DNA of 32,000 nt from Schaalia odontolytica (GTDB lineage Bacteria; Actinomycetota; Actinomycetes; Actinomycetales; Actinomycetaceae): the NCBI RefSeq assembly GCF_005696695.1, contig NZ_CP040006.1, forward strand, positions 360,001-392,000, written 5' to 3'. The stretch's first letter is position 1; each line of letters starts with the position of its first letter. The position numbers and the translations under genes were made by a program. Shown here in pieces: positions 1-10,280 of the stretch. The notes beneath the pieces were generated by a model. The model did not search any database. It was not told where the DNA came from and worked only from the letters and a program-made list of their open reading frames with translations.

Positions 1-22
1 GTGATCGTCCTGCGTATGCGGT

Positions 23-54
23 GGGGCCGCGCAGACGTAAGTCCGCGCGGCCCC
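23..54 (-). terminator. GC-rich hairpin downstream of ppa, a possible intrinsic terminator
   Basis: Perfect 10-bp stem GGGGCCGCGC (23-32) / GCGCGGCCCC (45-54) with a 12-nt loop. It begins about 15 nt after the ppa stop codon (70-72) on the minus strand. No obvious U-tract follows. Confidence 0.45.
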
Positions 55-69
55 TCGCAAGCAGTCAGC

Positions 70-564
70 TCAGTGCTCGCCCTCGTGCTCCTTCAGGCGC
101 TCGTAGGAGCGGCGAATCTCGGCCTCGGCCTCTTCGCGACCCACCCAGTGGGCGCCCTCGACGCTCTTGCCGGGCTCGAGGTCCTTGTAGACCTCGAAGA
201 AGTGCTGGATTTCCAGGCGGTGGAACTCCGACACGTCGTCGATCTCGGTACGCCAGGAGGCGCGCTGGTCCGAGGCGGGAACGCACAGGACCTTGTCGTC
301 GCCGCCCTTTTCGTCGCGCATGCGGAACATGCCGAGCGCGCGGCAGCGGATCACGCAGCCGGGGAAGGTGGGCTCTTCGAGGAGGACCAGGGCGTCCAGC
401 GGGTCGCCGTCCTCGCCCAGGGTGTCGTCGATGAATCCGTAGTCATCGGGGTAACGAGTGGAGGTGAAGAGCATGCGGTCCAGGCGGATACGGCCCGTCA
501 CGTGGTCGATCTCGTACTTGTTTCGGTTCCCCTTGGGGATCTCGATGGTCACGTCAAATTCCAT
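70..564 (-). CDS. ppa: Inorganic pyrophosphatase (family I, soluble)
   Basis: 164-aa product [61 protein letters not shown]... carries the classic family-I PPase motifs. ATG is at 564-562, preceded by GAGGAAGG. The rest of the 637-aa ORF upstream is antisense to dacB and was rejected. Confidence 0.95.
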   Translation of the reverse strand: MEFDVTIEIPKGNRNKYEIDHVTGRIRLDRMLFTSTRYPDDYGFIDDTLGEDGDPLDALVLLEEPTFPGCVIRCRALGMFRMRDEKGGDDKVLCVPASDQRASWRTEIDDVSEFHRLEIQHFFEVYKDLEPGKSVEGAHWVGREEAEAEIRRSYERLKEHEGEH

Positions 565-666
565 GGCCGCGCCTTCCTCATTAGCCCCGAAACTCGGGGG
601 TCCGGTTGGTTGTGTCGGCGCATGGACGGGTACTGTAGGTACCGAAGTAACCACGAAGGGAAATCC

Positions 667-2022
667 ATGCATCGCACGTCTATGGGGGCCATTGTAAGCG
701 CTAGCGCCGCACTCGTGGCGACGGCGGCGCTGGTGGGTGCCGGTTGTTCGCCGCAAACGGCCACTCCGGCGGACGCTCCCACGGCCTCGACGCTTGAACC
801 CGCAGCGATTTCCGGCGACGCGAAGGGCGGCGGGAACCCGGTTTCCGCCGAGGACGTCCAGGCGCTGTGGGCACCGGTCGCGGCAGCCGCGGCTGAGGGC
901 GGCTACACGGCGTGGGGCACGGTCCTGGATGCGCAGACCGGCGAGGTCCTCCTGGACGCGTCTGCCGCCACCCCTCACACGCCCGCCTCGACGACGAAGA
1001 CCCTCGCGGCTTTCTCCGCGCTGCACCACCTGGATCCGACGGCGACGCTGACGACCAGCGCGCTCCTGGGCGCTGATAACCAGACCCTCTACCTGGATTC
1101 GGAGGGCGACCTGCTCCTGGGGATTGGCACCTCCGACGAGGTCGAGGTCTCGGGCCGCGCGGGCCTGCAGACCCTCGCGAAGGACACGGCCGCGGCCCTG
1201 GCGCAGCGCGGTATCACCTCCGTGACCCTGAATTGGCGCGGCACTCTCTTCGAGGGTGCCTCGCACCTGTCCTCCTGGGACGCGCAGGAAGTCGGCTCCT
1301 ACGAGGGTCACGTCGGCCCCATGGCGATCGATGCCGGACGCACCTACGAGGGTGCCAACGCTTTCTACTCGGACGCGCCGGGACGCGTCGCCGAGGTCTT
1401 CTCGCAGGCCCTCGGCGCGGAGGGGATCTCCGCGACCCTCGGCGAGGCCGGAGATCCGCCCGCGGGAGCGGGAGCCGTGGCCCAGGTGAGCTCGGCGACG
1501 ATGGGGGAGCAGCTGCGCTGGATGCTCGCCCACTCGGATAACACCCTCGCCGACCAGTACTGCCGTTTCGCCGCGCGCGCGGCGGGAGCCCCCTCGACCT
1601 ATGAGGGCGCGACCGAGACGGTGCGCAAGACCCTGACCGAGGCCGGTGTGCCCACGGAGGGCCTGACCCTCGAGGACTGCTCGGGCCTGTCCAGCAACGA
1701 CAAGATCAGCGCGAATACTCTCGTCGGCGTCCTCAAGGCCTCGTACGAGGGCACGGGCACCGAGGCGAACACGATGCGCCTCCTGCCGTGGGCGGGCCTG
1801 GTGGGCACGCTCTCGAAGCGCATGACCGAGGAGCCTGCGGCCGGAAACGTGCAGGCGAAGACGGGCGCCCTCCAGGAGGTCACCTCCCTGTCCGGGTCCG
1901 TCATGACGAAGAGCGGGCGCGTCCTCCTTGTGTCGATCGGTCACGATAACGTCACCGAGGGTGCCTACGCCACGCGCGGCCACCTCGACGCCTTCGAGGA
2001 GGGCCTCGCCGGGCTAGACTGA
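667..2022 (+). CDS. dacB: D-alanyl-D-alanine carboxypeptidase/endopeptidase (PBP4 / S13 family), lipoprotein-type signal
   Basis: ATG at 667 follows GAAGGGAAA. The N-terminus [28 protein letters not shown] has a lipobox-like LVGAGC. Penicillin-binding motifs are STTK (SxxK), SDN (SxN) and KTG. The position between ppa and tilS is conserved in actinobacteria. Confidence 0.85.
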   Translation: MHRTSMGAIVSASAALVATAALVGAGCSPQTATPADAPTASTLEPAAISGDAKGGGNPVSAEDVQALWAPVAAAAAEGGYTAWGTVLDAQTGEVLLDASAATPHTPASTTKTLAAFSALHHLDPTATLTTSALLGADNQTLYLDSEGDLLLGIGTSDEVEVSGRAGLQTLAKDTAAALAQRGITSVTLNWRGTLFEGASHLSSWDAQEVGSYEGHVGPMAIDAGRTYEGANAFYSDAPGRVAEVFSQALGAEGISATLGEAGDPPAGAGAVAQVSSATMGEQLRWMLAHSDNTLADQYCRFAARAAGAPSTYEGATETVRKTLTEAGVPTEGLTLEDCSGLSSNDKISANTLVGVLKASYEGTGTEANTMRLLPWAGLVGTLSKRMTEEPAAGNVQAKTGALQEVTSLSGSVMTKSGRVLLVSIGHDNVTEGAYATRGHLDAFEEGLAGLD

Positions 2023-2026
2023 GGCC

Positions 2027-2869
2027 ATGGATATGCCGTTTGGCCCGCGCAACGTCGCGGGAGTTCTCGCTTCGTTGTCCTACGCGGGGCCCTCGGCCTC
2101 TCGCGTGGGTGCCTCCGCCGTCGTGGCGCGCCTGCGCCGCTCGGTCGCCTGGTCGGATCGTCGGCTCGCCGAGCTGTCCACCCTGCCCGAGGCCTCCGAG
2201 AAGGTGGCCGGCTCCCCGACCCTCGTCGTTGACCGCCGCGGCCTGATCCGTTCGGTCGGATCGCTCCTGGAGAGCTTCGAAGACGCGCGCACACCCAAGG
2301 TTCTGGCCGCCGAGGCCGTCATCCTGCGCGCCCTGGCCAAGGACGCGACGGGCATCTGGGACGTGCGCTCCGGCCGCCGGATCCTCGTGGCCCCTAACGT
2401 GCTCGCCGACGCGCAGCGCTACGCCTTGGACCAGACCGACTGGTGCCGCTGGGTCTCCCTGTGCACGGGTCTGCGCGGCGTCCACCTCACCCACGCCCCC
2501 CACCTCGTCCCCTACATCGCCGACCTGATGCGCTCGCTGCCCGAACGCAGCGACGAACTCGTGCGCATCGTCCTGCTCCTGGACGCCCTGCCCACCGCGG
2601 AGATGGAGGTCCTCACGCCCCGTGACCTGCCCTCGATCCAGTGGCTGCGCACCCACCGCGCGCACGCCGGGGGCGTCGGCCTGGTGCGCGCGTGCGCGGC
2701 CGCCGGAATGCCCCTGGCCGGGGTCGAGGCCCTGCAGGCGCAGACCGAAGGATTTGCGCGCACCGTCGTGCGCGAGGGCGCGATCGCGCAGCTTCTGTCC
2801 AGCGTCGAGGCCCTGCCGAGCGCCCGCGAGTACGCGGAGCCGGCAGCGTGGCTGGCGCGTGTGCGCTGA
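2027..2869 (+). CDS. Conserved hypothetical protein in the dacB-tilS slot (DUF2342 / zinc-metalloprotease-like family position); no HExxH present
   Basis: 280-aa ORF starting 5 nt after the dacB stop, with coding-like GC3 bias. The segment RRILVAPNV...DWCRWVSLCTGLRGVHLTHAPHL resembles the region that carries HExxH in the family usually found here (recalled from memory, not searched). No HE dipeptide occurs anywhere in this product. Confidence 0.6.
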   Translation: MDMPFGPRNVAGVLASLSYAGPSASRVGASAVVARLRRSVAWSDRRLAELSTLPEASEKVAGSPTLVVDRRGLIRSVGSLLESFEDARTPKVLAAEAVILRALAKDATGIWDVRSGRRILVAPNVLADAQRYALDQTDWCRWVSLCTGLRGVHLTHAPHLVPYIADLMRSLPERSDELVRIVLLLDALPTAEMEVLTPRDLPSIQWLRTHRAHAGGVGLVRACAAAGMPLAGVEALQAQTEGFARTVVREGAIAQLLSSVEALPSAREYAEPAAWLARVR

Positions 2870-2882
2870 GGCCTCCCGCCTC

Positions 2883-3968
2883 GTGGGTGCGAACCCGCGC
2901 GGCTCCCTGCGCGACTGCTCCCTGGCGGTGCGCGCTTCTCTGACTTCCTTCATCGACGAGGCCGGGGCGCCTCCCGCTCTCGTCGTTGGCCTGTCGGGGG
3001 GCGCGGATTCGCTGGCGCTGGCGTTGACGACGATTGACGTGGCGGCGCGCGCGGGAATCCCTGTTGTGACGGTGACCGTTGATCATGGGCTGCGCGCGGG
3101 CAGCGGTGAGGAGGCTCGCCGCGTCGCTGATCGAGCGGAATCCCTGGGGGCGCGTGCCGTTGTTGAGACCGTGTCGGTGGAGGGCCCGGGAGGCCCCGAA
3201 GGATCAGCCCGCGACGCCCGCCGAGCCGCCCTGCGAGCGGTCGCCCAGCGTGAGGGCGCCCCGATCCTCCTCGGCCACACGATGGACGACCAGGCTGAAA
3301 CGGTCCTCCTGCGCCTCGCGCGCGGCTCCGGCCCCTCGTCCCTGCGGGCCATCGCTCCCGTCTCGCGCGACGATGACGGGGTGACGTGGCTGCGCCCACT
3401 CCTCGGGCTGCGGCGAACGGACACGGAGCAGGCGTGCGCCCAGGCGGGCCTCGCCCCGCTTGAGGACCCGACCAACGACATCGACGGGCCGTGGCGCGCC
3501 GCGGACGGCAGCCCCCTGCGCCGCTCGGCGCTGCGCCACGCTGCGATCCCCGCCCTGGCCTCGGCTCTGGGAGTGGACCCGGTTCCCGCGCTGGCCCGCA
3601 CGGCCGCCCTGTGTGCGGCCGACGACGACGCCCTGTCCCAGTGGGCGAGCGCGCTCGCGGCCCCTGCGATGCCGGGGGAGGAACACGACTCCGAGACGGG
3701 ACACCCGTCTCTGGCGGTGTCCGCCCTGCGGGGTGCCCCCCGAGCGGTGCGTACCCGGGCGCTGCGTGAGGCCGCCCACGTCGCCGGAGTTCGCGCGTTG
3801 TCCAGTGCCCACGTGGACGCCCTCGACGACCTCGTGGTCGCGTGGCGCGGCCAGGGGCCCATCGACCTGCCCGGAGGCACCGCCTCACGTGTTGGACGCG
3901 GCGCGCACGCGCGCATCGCTTTCGTCGCGCGCGAGGCGGGCGCCCCGACGGCCCCAGACCCCGACTAA
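2883..3968 (+). CDS. tilS: tRNA(Ile)-lysidine synthase
   Basis: PP-loop ATPase motif LVVGLSGGADSLALAL lies near the N-terminus, followed by HTMDDQAETVLLRLARGSG. The start is uncertain: GTG 2883 was chosen, and GTG 2859, which overlaps the upstream stop, is also possible. The ORF-track start 2622 overlaps the upstream gene and was rejected. Confidence 0.85.
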   Translation: MGANPRGSLRDCSLAVRASLTSFIDEAGAPPALVVGLSGGADSLALALTTIDVAARAGIPVVTVTVDHGLRAGSGEEARRVADRAESLGARAVVETVSVEGPGGPEGSARDARRAALRAVAQREGAPILLGHTMDDQAETVLLRLARGSGPSSLRAIAPVSRDDDGVTWLRPLLGLRRTDTEQACAQAGLAPLEDPTNDIDGPWRAADGSPLRRSALRHAAIPALASALGVDPVPALARTAALCAADDDALSQWASALAAPAMPGEEHDSETGHPSLAVSALRGAPRAVRTRALREAAHVAGVRALSSAHVDALDDLVVAWRGQGPIDLPGGTASRVGRGAHARIAFVAREAGAPTAPDPD

Positions 3969-4140
3969 ACAGCGGGAATACGCCGCGATAGACCCCACCG
4001 GAGCGGCCCGGCACTGCCTGCGCGATCACAGGATGTTGCGCTGACAGTGAGAATCCCGTCCTTCCTGGAACAGGCGAGCGTTTGTGTGGCACGCTTATAG
4101 TGGAATCGCTCGCGTAGCTTCGATACGAAAAGAGGACACG

Positions 4141-4695
4141 GTGGACGCCACCGATATGGGTAACGACCTGAAAGAAATCCTGGTCACCGCCGAGGATATG
4201 GACCGTCGGCTCACCGAAATGGCTGAGCAGATCGACCGCGACTACGCGGGCGAAGAACTGCTGATCGTCGGCGTCCTGCGCGGCGCCGTCATGGTCATGG
4301 CGGACCTGTCCCGCAAGCTGCACACCCCCCTCGAGATGGACTGGATGGCCGTGTCCTCCTACGGTTCCGGCACCAAGACCTCGGGCGTTGTGCGCATCCT
4401 GAAGGACCTCGACCAGGACGTGGCCGGACGCCACGTGCTCATCGTCGAGGACATCATCGATTCGGGCCTGACCCTGTCCTGGCTGCAGGCGAACCTGCTC
4501 GGACGAGGCGCTGCCTCCGTCAAGATCGCGACCGCGCTGCGTAAGCCGGAGGCCGCCAAGGTCGACGTGGACGTTGCCTACGTGGGCTTCGACATTCCCG
4601 ACGAGTTCGTCGTCGGTTACGGCCTGGATTACGCGGAAAAGTACCGTAATTTGCCTTTCGTCGGCACGCTGCAGCCGCACGTCTACAACAACTGA
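4141..4695 (+). CDS. hpt: Hypoxanthine-guanine phosphoribosyltransferase
   Basis: PRPP-binding motif VLIVEDIIDSGLTL, plus GYGLDYAEKYRNLPFVG. GTG 4141 is preceded by AAGAGGA (4128-4134). ATG 4156 is an alternative start. Confidence 0.9.
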   Translation: MDATDMGNDLKEILVTAEDMDRRLTEMAEQIDRDYAGEELLIVGVLRGAVMVMADLSRKLHTPLEMDWMAVSSYGSGTKTSGVVRILKDLDQDVAGRHVLIVEDIIDSGLTLSWLQANLLGRGAASVKIATALRKPEAAKVDVDVAYVGFDIPDEFVVGYGLDYAEKYRNLPFVGTLQPHVYNN

Positions 4696-4720
4696 GAACG
4701 CATACCTGTAGGGGACCCAC

Positions 4721-6766
4721 GTGAACGAGAAGATCAAGAACAAACGCCCCAGCCTGGGGTGGGTGATGGTTCCGCTCATCATGCTGCTCGCCGGCGGCTG
4801 GTTCATGTGGGGCTTCTTCGCCCCTCGTGCCGTGACGACGTCCGAGGGCCTCGCGGTCATCTCGGGCGACACGGTCGAGCGGGTGGTCCTCAACGAGGGC
4901 ACCCAGCAGGTGAACCTGACGCTGACGGAAAACTACGTCCACCAGAGCACCGGTGGCGACGATAAGACCGTTGATCTGGGCAAGGACGTGTACTTCACGT
5001 ACTCCTACGTGCAGACCAAGGACATCCTGGACACGGTGGCCGACAAGGCTCCCGCGAAGGGCTGGAACGCGGTGCGTCCCCAGTCTGGCATCCTCGGCGG
5101 CGTCGTTCAGCTGCTGATCTCGCTGGTGATCCTGGGCGTCGCCTTCTACTTCATCATGCGCTCCATGTCGGGCTCGCGGATGATGGGCGGCTTCACGCAG
5201 TCGCGCGCCAAGGAATTCAACCAGGAGCGCCCGGACGTCACCTTCGCGGACGTCGCCGGTGAGGACGAGGCCGTGGAGGAGCTCGAGGAAATCCGCGAGT
5301 TCCTGGCCTCCCCGGACAAGTTCCACAAGGTGGGTGCGCGCATCCCGCGCGGCGTCCTGCTCTACGGTCCTCCCGGAACGGGTAAGACCCTCCTCGCCAA
5401 GGCCGTCGCCGGCGAGGCGAACGCCCCCTTCTTCTCGATCTCCGGTTCGGAGTTCATGGAGCTGTACGTCGGCGTGGGTGCCTCCCGCGTGCGTGAGCTC
5501 TTCGAGCGCGCCAAGAAGAACGCGCCGGCCATCATCTTCGTCGACGAGATTGACGCCGTGGGTCGCCACCGCGGCAGCGGCATCGGCGGCGGCAACGACG
5601 AGCGCGAGCAGACGCTCAACCAGCTCCTCGTCGAGATGGACGGTTTCGACGAGCGCGCCAACATCATCCTGATCGCGGCGACCAACCGCCCCGACATCCT
5701 CGACCCGGCTCTGCTGCGCCCCGGGCGTTTCGACCGCCAGATCGCCGTCGAGGCCCCCGACCTGAAGGGCCGCGAGGCCATCCTGAAGGTCCACGCGCAG
5801 GGCAAGCCCCTCACCGAGCAGGTCGACCTGCGCCAGATCGCCAAGCGCACGCCCGGCTTCACGGGCGCCGACCTGGCGAACGTCCTCAACGAGGCCGCGC
5901 TGCTCACCGCGCGCTCGAACATGCAGTTCATCGATGAGCGCGCCATCGACGAGGCCATCGACCGCGTAATCGCGGGCCCGCAGAAGCGCACCCGTGTCAT
6001 GAACGACCACGACAAGGCCGTGACCGCCTACCACGAGGCCGGCCACGCCCTGGCCGCCGCCGCCCTGAACTACACGGATCCGGTCACGAAGGTGACGATC
6101 CTGCCGCGCGGCCGCGCCCTGGGCTACACGATGGTCATGCCTACCGAGGATCGCTTCAACAAGACCCGCAACCAGCTCCTCGACGATCTGGTCTACGGCA
6201 TGGGCGGCCGCGTCGCCGAGGAGATCGTGTTCCGCGACCCGTCGACCGGCCCCGCTAACGACATCCAGCAGGCCACGAAGACGGCCCGCGCCATGGTCAC
6301 CGACTACGGCATGAGCGACCGCATCGGCATGGTCAAGCTGGGCGACGCCGACACCGAGGCCTTTGGGCACGGTAGCGGTGAGGGCCCGCGCGCCTTCTCC
6401 GACGAGACGGCCGCGATCATCGACGAGGAGGTGCGTCGCCTCCTCGACAACGCGATGCGCGAGGCGTGGCGGATCCTGTCCGAAAACCGCGGTGTTCTCG
6501 ACACGCTGGCCTCGCGCCTGCTCGAGGAGGAGACCCTCGACGAGGCGCAGCTCGCGGAGATCTTCAAGGACGTCGTGAAGGCCCCCGAGCGTCCCGTGTG
6601 GAACTACCAGTCCGACGCCGCGGTTCCGGGTGTCCTCCTGGGCAACCCGGTCGGCGTGGGGTCGGCCGAGGCCTCGGCCACCTCCGAGGTGTCGTTTGAG
6701 GCCCCCTCGATCGACGTCTCCGACGTGATGGACACCCAGACGAACGAGGGAGAGGAGCAGGCGTGA
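4721..6766 (+). CDS. ftsH: ATP-dependent zinc metalloprotease FtsH
   Basis: Two N-terminal TM segments. Walker A GPPGTGKT, Walker B IIFVDEID, second region of homology [19 protein letters not shown], and zinc motif HEAGHAL. The C-terminal tail is acidic. Confidence 0.97.
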   Translation: MNEKIKNKRPSLGWVMVPLIMLLAGGWFMWGFFAPRAVTTSEGLAVISGDTVERVVLNEGTQQVNLTLTENYVHQSTGGDDKTVDLGKDVYFTYSYVQTKDILDTVADKAPAKGWNAVRPQSGILGGVVQLLISLVILGVAFYFIMRSMSGSRMMGGFTQSRAKEFNQERPDVTFADVAGEDEAVEELEEIREFLASPDKFHKVGARIPRGVLLYGPPGTGKTLLAKAVAGEANAPFFSISGSEFMELYVGVGASRVRELFERAKKNAPAIIFVDEIDAVGRHRGSGIGGGNDEREQTLNQLLVEMDGFDERANIILIAATNRPDILDPALLRPGRFDRQIAVEAPDLKGREAILKVHAQGKPLTEQVDLRQIAKRTPGFTGADLANVLNEAALLTARSNMQFIDERAIDEAIDRVIAGPQKRTRVMNDHDKAVTAYHEAGHALAAAALNYTDPVTKVTILPRGRALGYTMVMPTEDRFNKTRNQLLDDLVYGMGGRVAEEIVFRDPSTGPANDIQQATKTARAMVTDYGMSDRIGMVKLGDADTEAFGHGSGEGPRAFSDETAAIIDEEVRRLLDNAMREAWRILSENRGVLDTLASRLLEEETLDEAQLAEIFKDVVKAPERPVWNYQSDAAVPGVLLGNPVGVGSAEASATSEVSFEAPSIDVSDVMDTQTNEGEEQA

Positions 6767-7332
6767 CCTACGATCCCGCTGGCGTCGAGAAGGCGTCGCG
6801 CGACCTGCTCGTCGCAATCGGTGAAGACCCCGAGCGCGAGGGCCTTGTCGGCACCCCCGACCGCATGGCGCGCGCGTGGCGTGAGATGTGCAAGGGCCTG
6901 ACCGAGGACCCGCGCGAGCACCTGCGCACCCAGTTCCACGCCGGCACCGACGAGCTGGTCCTGGTCCGCGACATCACATTCTTCTCGGTGTGCGAACACC
7001 ACCTGCTGCCCTTCTACGGCCGCGCCCACGTGGGCTACATCCCGCGCGGCGGCGTCGTGACTGGCCTGTCCAAGCTGGCCCGCGTGGTCGAAGGCTACGC
7101 GCGCCGCCCCCAGGTCCAGGAGCGCTTGACTGCCCAGGTCGCTGACGCGATCGATGAGATCCTGGATCCCCAGGGCGTCATCGTCGTCATCGAGGCCGAG
7201 CACATGTGCATGTCGATGCGCGGCATCTCCAAGCCGGGTTCCTCGACCGTGACCAGCGCGCTGCGCGGCATCATGAGCGACGGTGCGACCCGCGCCGAGA
7301 TGATGGCCCTCGTCCTGTCCGGGAGCCGATGA
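6763..7332 (+). CDS. folE: GTP cyclohydrolase I
   Basis: Diagnostic FolE segments are [14 protein letters not shown] and QVQERLT. The GTG start overlaps the ftsH stop as GTGA. Confidence 0.95.
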   Translation: MTYDPAGVEKASRDLLVAIGEDPEREGLVGTPDRMARAWREMCKGLTEDPREHLRTQFHAGTDELVLVRDITFFSVCEHHLLPFYGRAHVGYIPRGGVVTGLSKLARVVEGYARRPQVQERLTAQVADAIDEILDPQGVIVVIEAEHMCMSMRGISKPGSSTVTSALRGIMSDGATRAEMMALVLSGSR

Positions 7333-7333
7333 C

Positions 7334-8200
7334 GTGAGCGCCCTGCCCCTGCCCGCCGCCCCGGCCTCGTTCCCGGTTCCGCCGCCCCCGGCTCTACCGG
7401 GCGGCCTGAGCCTGCCCAGCGGGCGGACGGCGATCATGGGCATCCTCAACGTCACCCCGGATTCTTTTTCGGACGGGGGACGCTACACGGACGTGGCCGC
7501 CGCTTTGCGCCATGCGCGGGAGATGGTGGCCGCCGGAGCGGACCTTATCGACGTGGGCGGGGAGTCGACCCGCCCGAACTCGACGCGCATCAGCGCGGAC
7601 GAGGAGTGGGCGCGCATCTGCGCCATCGTCGAGTCCCTGGCCGCCGACGGCGTCATCGTGTCGGTGGATACGCTGCACGCGTCGACGGCCCGCGAGGCCG
7701 CGCGCGCGGGTGCGGCGATTATCAACGACGTGAGCGGCGGGCGCTGGGATCCCGAGATGAACGCGGCTGTCGCGCAGTCGGGCTGCGCGTACGTCGTTCA
7801 GCACTACCGCGCGCTGCCGGGCATGCCGGAGGAGCACTTCGACTACGGGGATGACCTCGTGGGCACGCTCATCGAGCGCGTGGGGTCCCAGGTTCAAGAC
7901 GCTATTGATGCTGGTGTGACAGCTGATAAAATTGTGGTTGACCCGGGCCTCGGCTTCTCGCTGACGGGCGACCAGTGCTGGCAGATCCTACGCGAACTGC
8001 CGCGCTTCGCGCAGGGCGGATACCCCGTCCTCGTCGGCGCCTCTCGCAAGCGCTTCGTCAAGGCCCTCGAGGGCGACGTGGACGCGGACAGCGCGGACAT
8101 CGCCGCCTACTGCGCGGCAGCTGGCGCGTGGGCCGTGCGGGTCCACGACGTAGCAGCCACCGCGGCGGCCATCGCCCGAAAGGAGAACGACGTTGACTAA
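7334..8200 (+). CDS. folP: Dihydropteroate synthase
   Basis: IMGILNVTPDSFSDGGRY, DVGGESTRP and DPGLGF motifs. GTG lies 1 nt after the folE stop. A Pro-rich N-terminal extension means a later start is possible. Confidence 0.92.
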   Translation: MSALPLPAAPASFPVPPPPALPGGLSLPSGRTAIMGILNVTPDSFSDGGRYTDVAAALRHAREMVAAGADLIDVGGESTRPNSTRISADEEWARICAIVESLAADGVIVSVDTLHASTAREAARAGAAIINDVSGGRWDPEMNAAVAQSGCAYVVQHYRALPGMPEEHFDYGDDLVGTLIERVGSQVQDAIDAGVTADKIVVDPGLGFSLTGDQCWQILRELPRFAQGGYPVLVGASRKRFVKALEGDVDADSADIAAYCAAAGAWAVRVHDVAATAAAIARKENDVD

Positions 8201-10280
8201 CCGACGCGTCATCATCGCCCTGAAAGGACTCGGGGCGCTGGCCAACCACGGCGTCTACGACTTCGAGCGCGACCGCAACCAGCGCTTCAGCGCCGACATC
8301 GTCATGTGGGTCGAGACCGCCGGCACCGCCGACGACATTGCTGCCACCGTCTCCTACGCGGACATCGCCGACGAGGCCATGGCCGTCCTCACCGGCACCG
8401 CCGTCGACCTCATCGAGACCCTCGCCGAAACCATCGCCTCGCGCGTCATGAGCCACGAGGGCGTCGTCGGCACCGAGGTCACCGTCCACAAGCCCGACGC
8501 CCCCATCGATCACCCCTTCGCGGACGTGTCCGTGACCGTACGCGCGGGCCAGACCGACGCGATGCCGCTGTCGCTGTCTCTCAAGGGCATTTACGAGGCC
8601 GAGGATGGCTCCGTCCTCACCGGCGAGATCGAGGCCTATGGTCACGCCCAGGCCCCCAGCCCCGCCGAGCAGGAACAGAGCGGCGCCCTGCCCACGCGCC
8701 GCGATGTCCAGGCCGCACACGCCGCGCCCGCCCATGACGTGACGCGCCCCGAGCACCTGCGCTCGCGCCGCGTCGTCCTGGCGATCGGCGGCAACCTCGG
8801 GGACGTGCCCGTCACCCTCATGCACACGGTTGAGGCCCTGTCCTACATGGAGGGCTTCCAGATCGACGACGTCTCGCCGATCATGCGTACCAAGCCCGTG
8901 CTGGCCCCCGGCCAAGCCCCCCAGCCCGACTACTGGAACGCCGTCGTCGTCGGCTCCGCGATCGCGACCCCCGACGAGCTGTTCGCCCAGACCAGCCGCA
9001 TCGAGCGCGAGCTGGGACGCGAACGCCACGAGCGCTGGGGCGCGCGCACCGTCGACATCGACATCATTCAGATCGAGGGCCTGGCCTCCTCCGACCCGGT
9101 TCTCACCCTGCCGCACCCGCGCGCCAAGGAACGCGCCTTCGTTCTGGCACCCTGGCTCCTGTGCGAGCCCGACGCCGTCCTCGAGGGCGTGGGCCGCGTG
9201 TCCGACCTGCTGGCCGACACCCCCGACCGCGAGGGCATCATCGACGCGGTCGACGACTGGCTGGAAGACCCCGCGGCCGTCATGGCCGACTCCGACCAGC
9301 TCCTCGCCCAGCGCGCCGAGCAGGCCAGCGCCGACATGCGCGAGCTCATCGAGGCCCTGACCGGCGAGATCAGCCAGGTCAGCGACCTCGTCACCCGCCC
9401 GGGCGAGCCCGCCGAGCCGGTGGAGATTCCCGCCGCCCACACGGTGATCGAGGACTCCGCCGACGACGTCGAGGAGGCCGCAGACTCCGAGTCGGCCCCC
9501 GAGCAGGCCGAGGAACCCGAGGCTGCCCCCGTCTCCGCCGACGAGGCCCCCGCCCCTCGCGCCAGCATCTGGAGCCGCCTGTCCGCCGCCCAGGCTTCGG
9601 ACGAGGCCTCGAGCGCCGAAGAGCCTGAGGCCAGCGAGCCAGAGCTCGACGAATCCGCGTCACACGGCGTTGACGTGCCCGAGGCCGAAGTTCCGGCCGC
9701 GGACGCCGCCGCGCAGACTGACGAACCCGACGCAGCCCCGCAGGCCGCAGCGCCGCAGGGCGAAGCCCCCGCGGACGAGGCCCCGACCGCCCCGGCGGTG
9801 CCCGGCCCTCCCCACCGCCAGCGCCGCCGCCGCGCGGAGGAAGCCAAGGCCTCGTCGCGCCCGTCCTGGCACCCAGTATCCTCCGTGCCCGCCGACTCTG
9901 CGGCCGGTCGCATGACCCGCAAGATCGGCACCGGCACCTACAAGCCGAGCGGGACCGAAAAGCCCCGCTGGGCCCCCGTGTTCGAGTCCAAGCGCGAGGA
10001 GTCCCGCTCCAAGATCGCGCTGCCCGACTGGAACTTCTCCGTGGGCACCTCCCACGACGTGCGCGTCGTCGACGACCGCTCCGGCCTGGGGCGCGACGAC
10101 GAGGCCCCCAAGGCAACCGTGCACGCCGACGGACGTTCCACCATCCTCGCCCCCGGGCTGCCCGACAACACCCCCGTCGGCCCCATCCCCGAGGACGAGG
10201 CCACTCAGACCGGCATCCTGCGCCGCGTTGTCGTGCGGCCCACGATGACGGGTGCGATCCCCATCGTCAAGAGGCGTTAA
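8193..10280 (+). CDS. folK: Fused dihydroneopterin aldolase (FolB) / 6-hydroxymethyl-dihydropterin pyrophosphokinase (FolK) with a roughly 370-aa acidic, Pro/Ala-rich C-terminal extension
   Basis: Single uninterrupted 695-aa ORF. TTG 8193 follows AAGGAGAA and overlaps the folP stop. Residues about 1-120 (VIIALKGLGALANHGVYDFERDRNQRF...EVTVHKPDAPI) are FolB-like. Residues about 190-325 (VVLAIGGNLGD...RWGARTVDIDII...LPHPRAKERAFVLAPW) are FolK-like. 9170-10280 encodes low-complexity E/D/A/P sequence followed by a more ordinary-looking C-terminus. Confidence 0.85.
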   Translation: MTNRRVIIALKGLGALANHGVYDFERDRNQRFSADIVMWVETAGTADDIAATVSYADIADEAMAVLTGTAVDLIETLAETIASRVMSHEGVVGTEVTVHKPDAPIDHPFADVSVTVRAGQTDAMPLSLSLKGIYEAEDGSVLTGEIEAYGHAQAPSPAEQEQSGALPTRRDVQAAHAAPAHDVTRPEHLRSRRVVLAIGGNLGDVPVTLMHTVEALSYMEGFQIDDVSPIMRTKPVLAPGQAPQPDYWNAVVVGSAIATPDELFAQTSRIERELGRERHERWGARTVDIDIIQIEGLASSDPVLTLPHPRAKERAFVLAPWLLCEPDAVLEGVGRVSDLLADTPDREGIIDAVDDWLEDPAAVMADSDQLLAQRAEQASADMRELIEALTGEISQVSDLVTRPGEPAEPVEIPAAHTVIEDSADDVEEAADSESAPEQAEEPEAAPVSADEAPAPRASIWSRLSAAQASDEASSAEEPEASEPELDESASHGVDVPEAEVPAADAAAQTDEPDAAPQAAAPQGEAPADEAPTAPAVPGPPHRQRRRRAEEAKASSRPSWHPVSSVPADSAAGRMTRKIGTGTYKPSGTEKPRWAPVFESKREESRSKIALPDWNFSVGTSHDVRVVDDRSGLGRDDEAPKATVHADGRSTILAPGLPDNTPVGPIPEDEATQTGILRRVVVRPTMTGAIPIVKRR

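Noticed and set aside
1-666. N-terminal 222 codons of the 673-aa plus-strand ORF
   Set aside because: This part is antisense to ppa. The dacB-like sequence, with signal peptide and RBS, begins at ATG 667.
2622-2882. ORF-track start of tilS at 2622
   Set aside because: It would overlap the preceding gene by about 250 nt. The PP-loop motif lies shortly after the GTG candidates at 2859 and 2883.
4096-4101. TATAGT -10-like hexamer upstream of hpt, and TGgTAGACT (26032-26040) upstream of S8 paralog 1
   Set aside because: These are plausible promoter elements, but no convincing -35 partner is present and there is no way to validate them from sequence alone. They are not reported as features.
2950-4902. 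650-aa minus-strand ORF, plus nested 277-aa and 202-aa ORFs
   Set aside because: They are antisense to tilS and hpt. The plus-strand products have clear PP-loop and PRPP-binding motifs.
4520-6817. 765-aa ORF on the minus strand
   Set aside because: It is antisense to ftsH, whose plus-strand translation carries unmistakable Walker and HEAGH motifs. This is a high-GC artefact.
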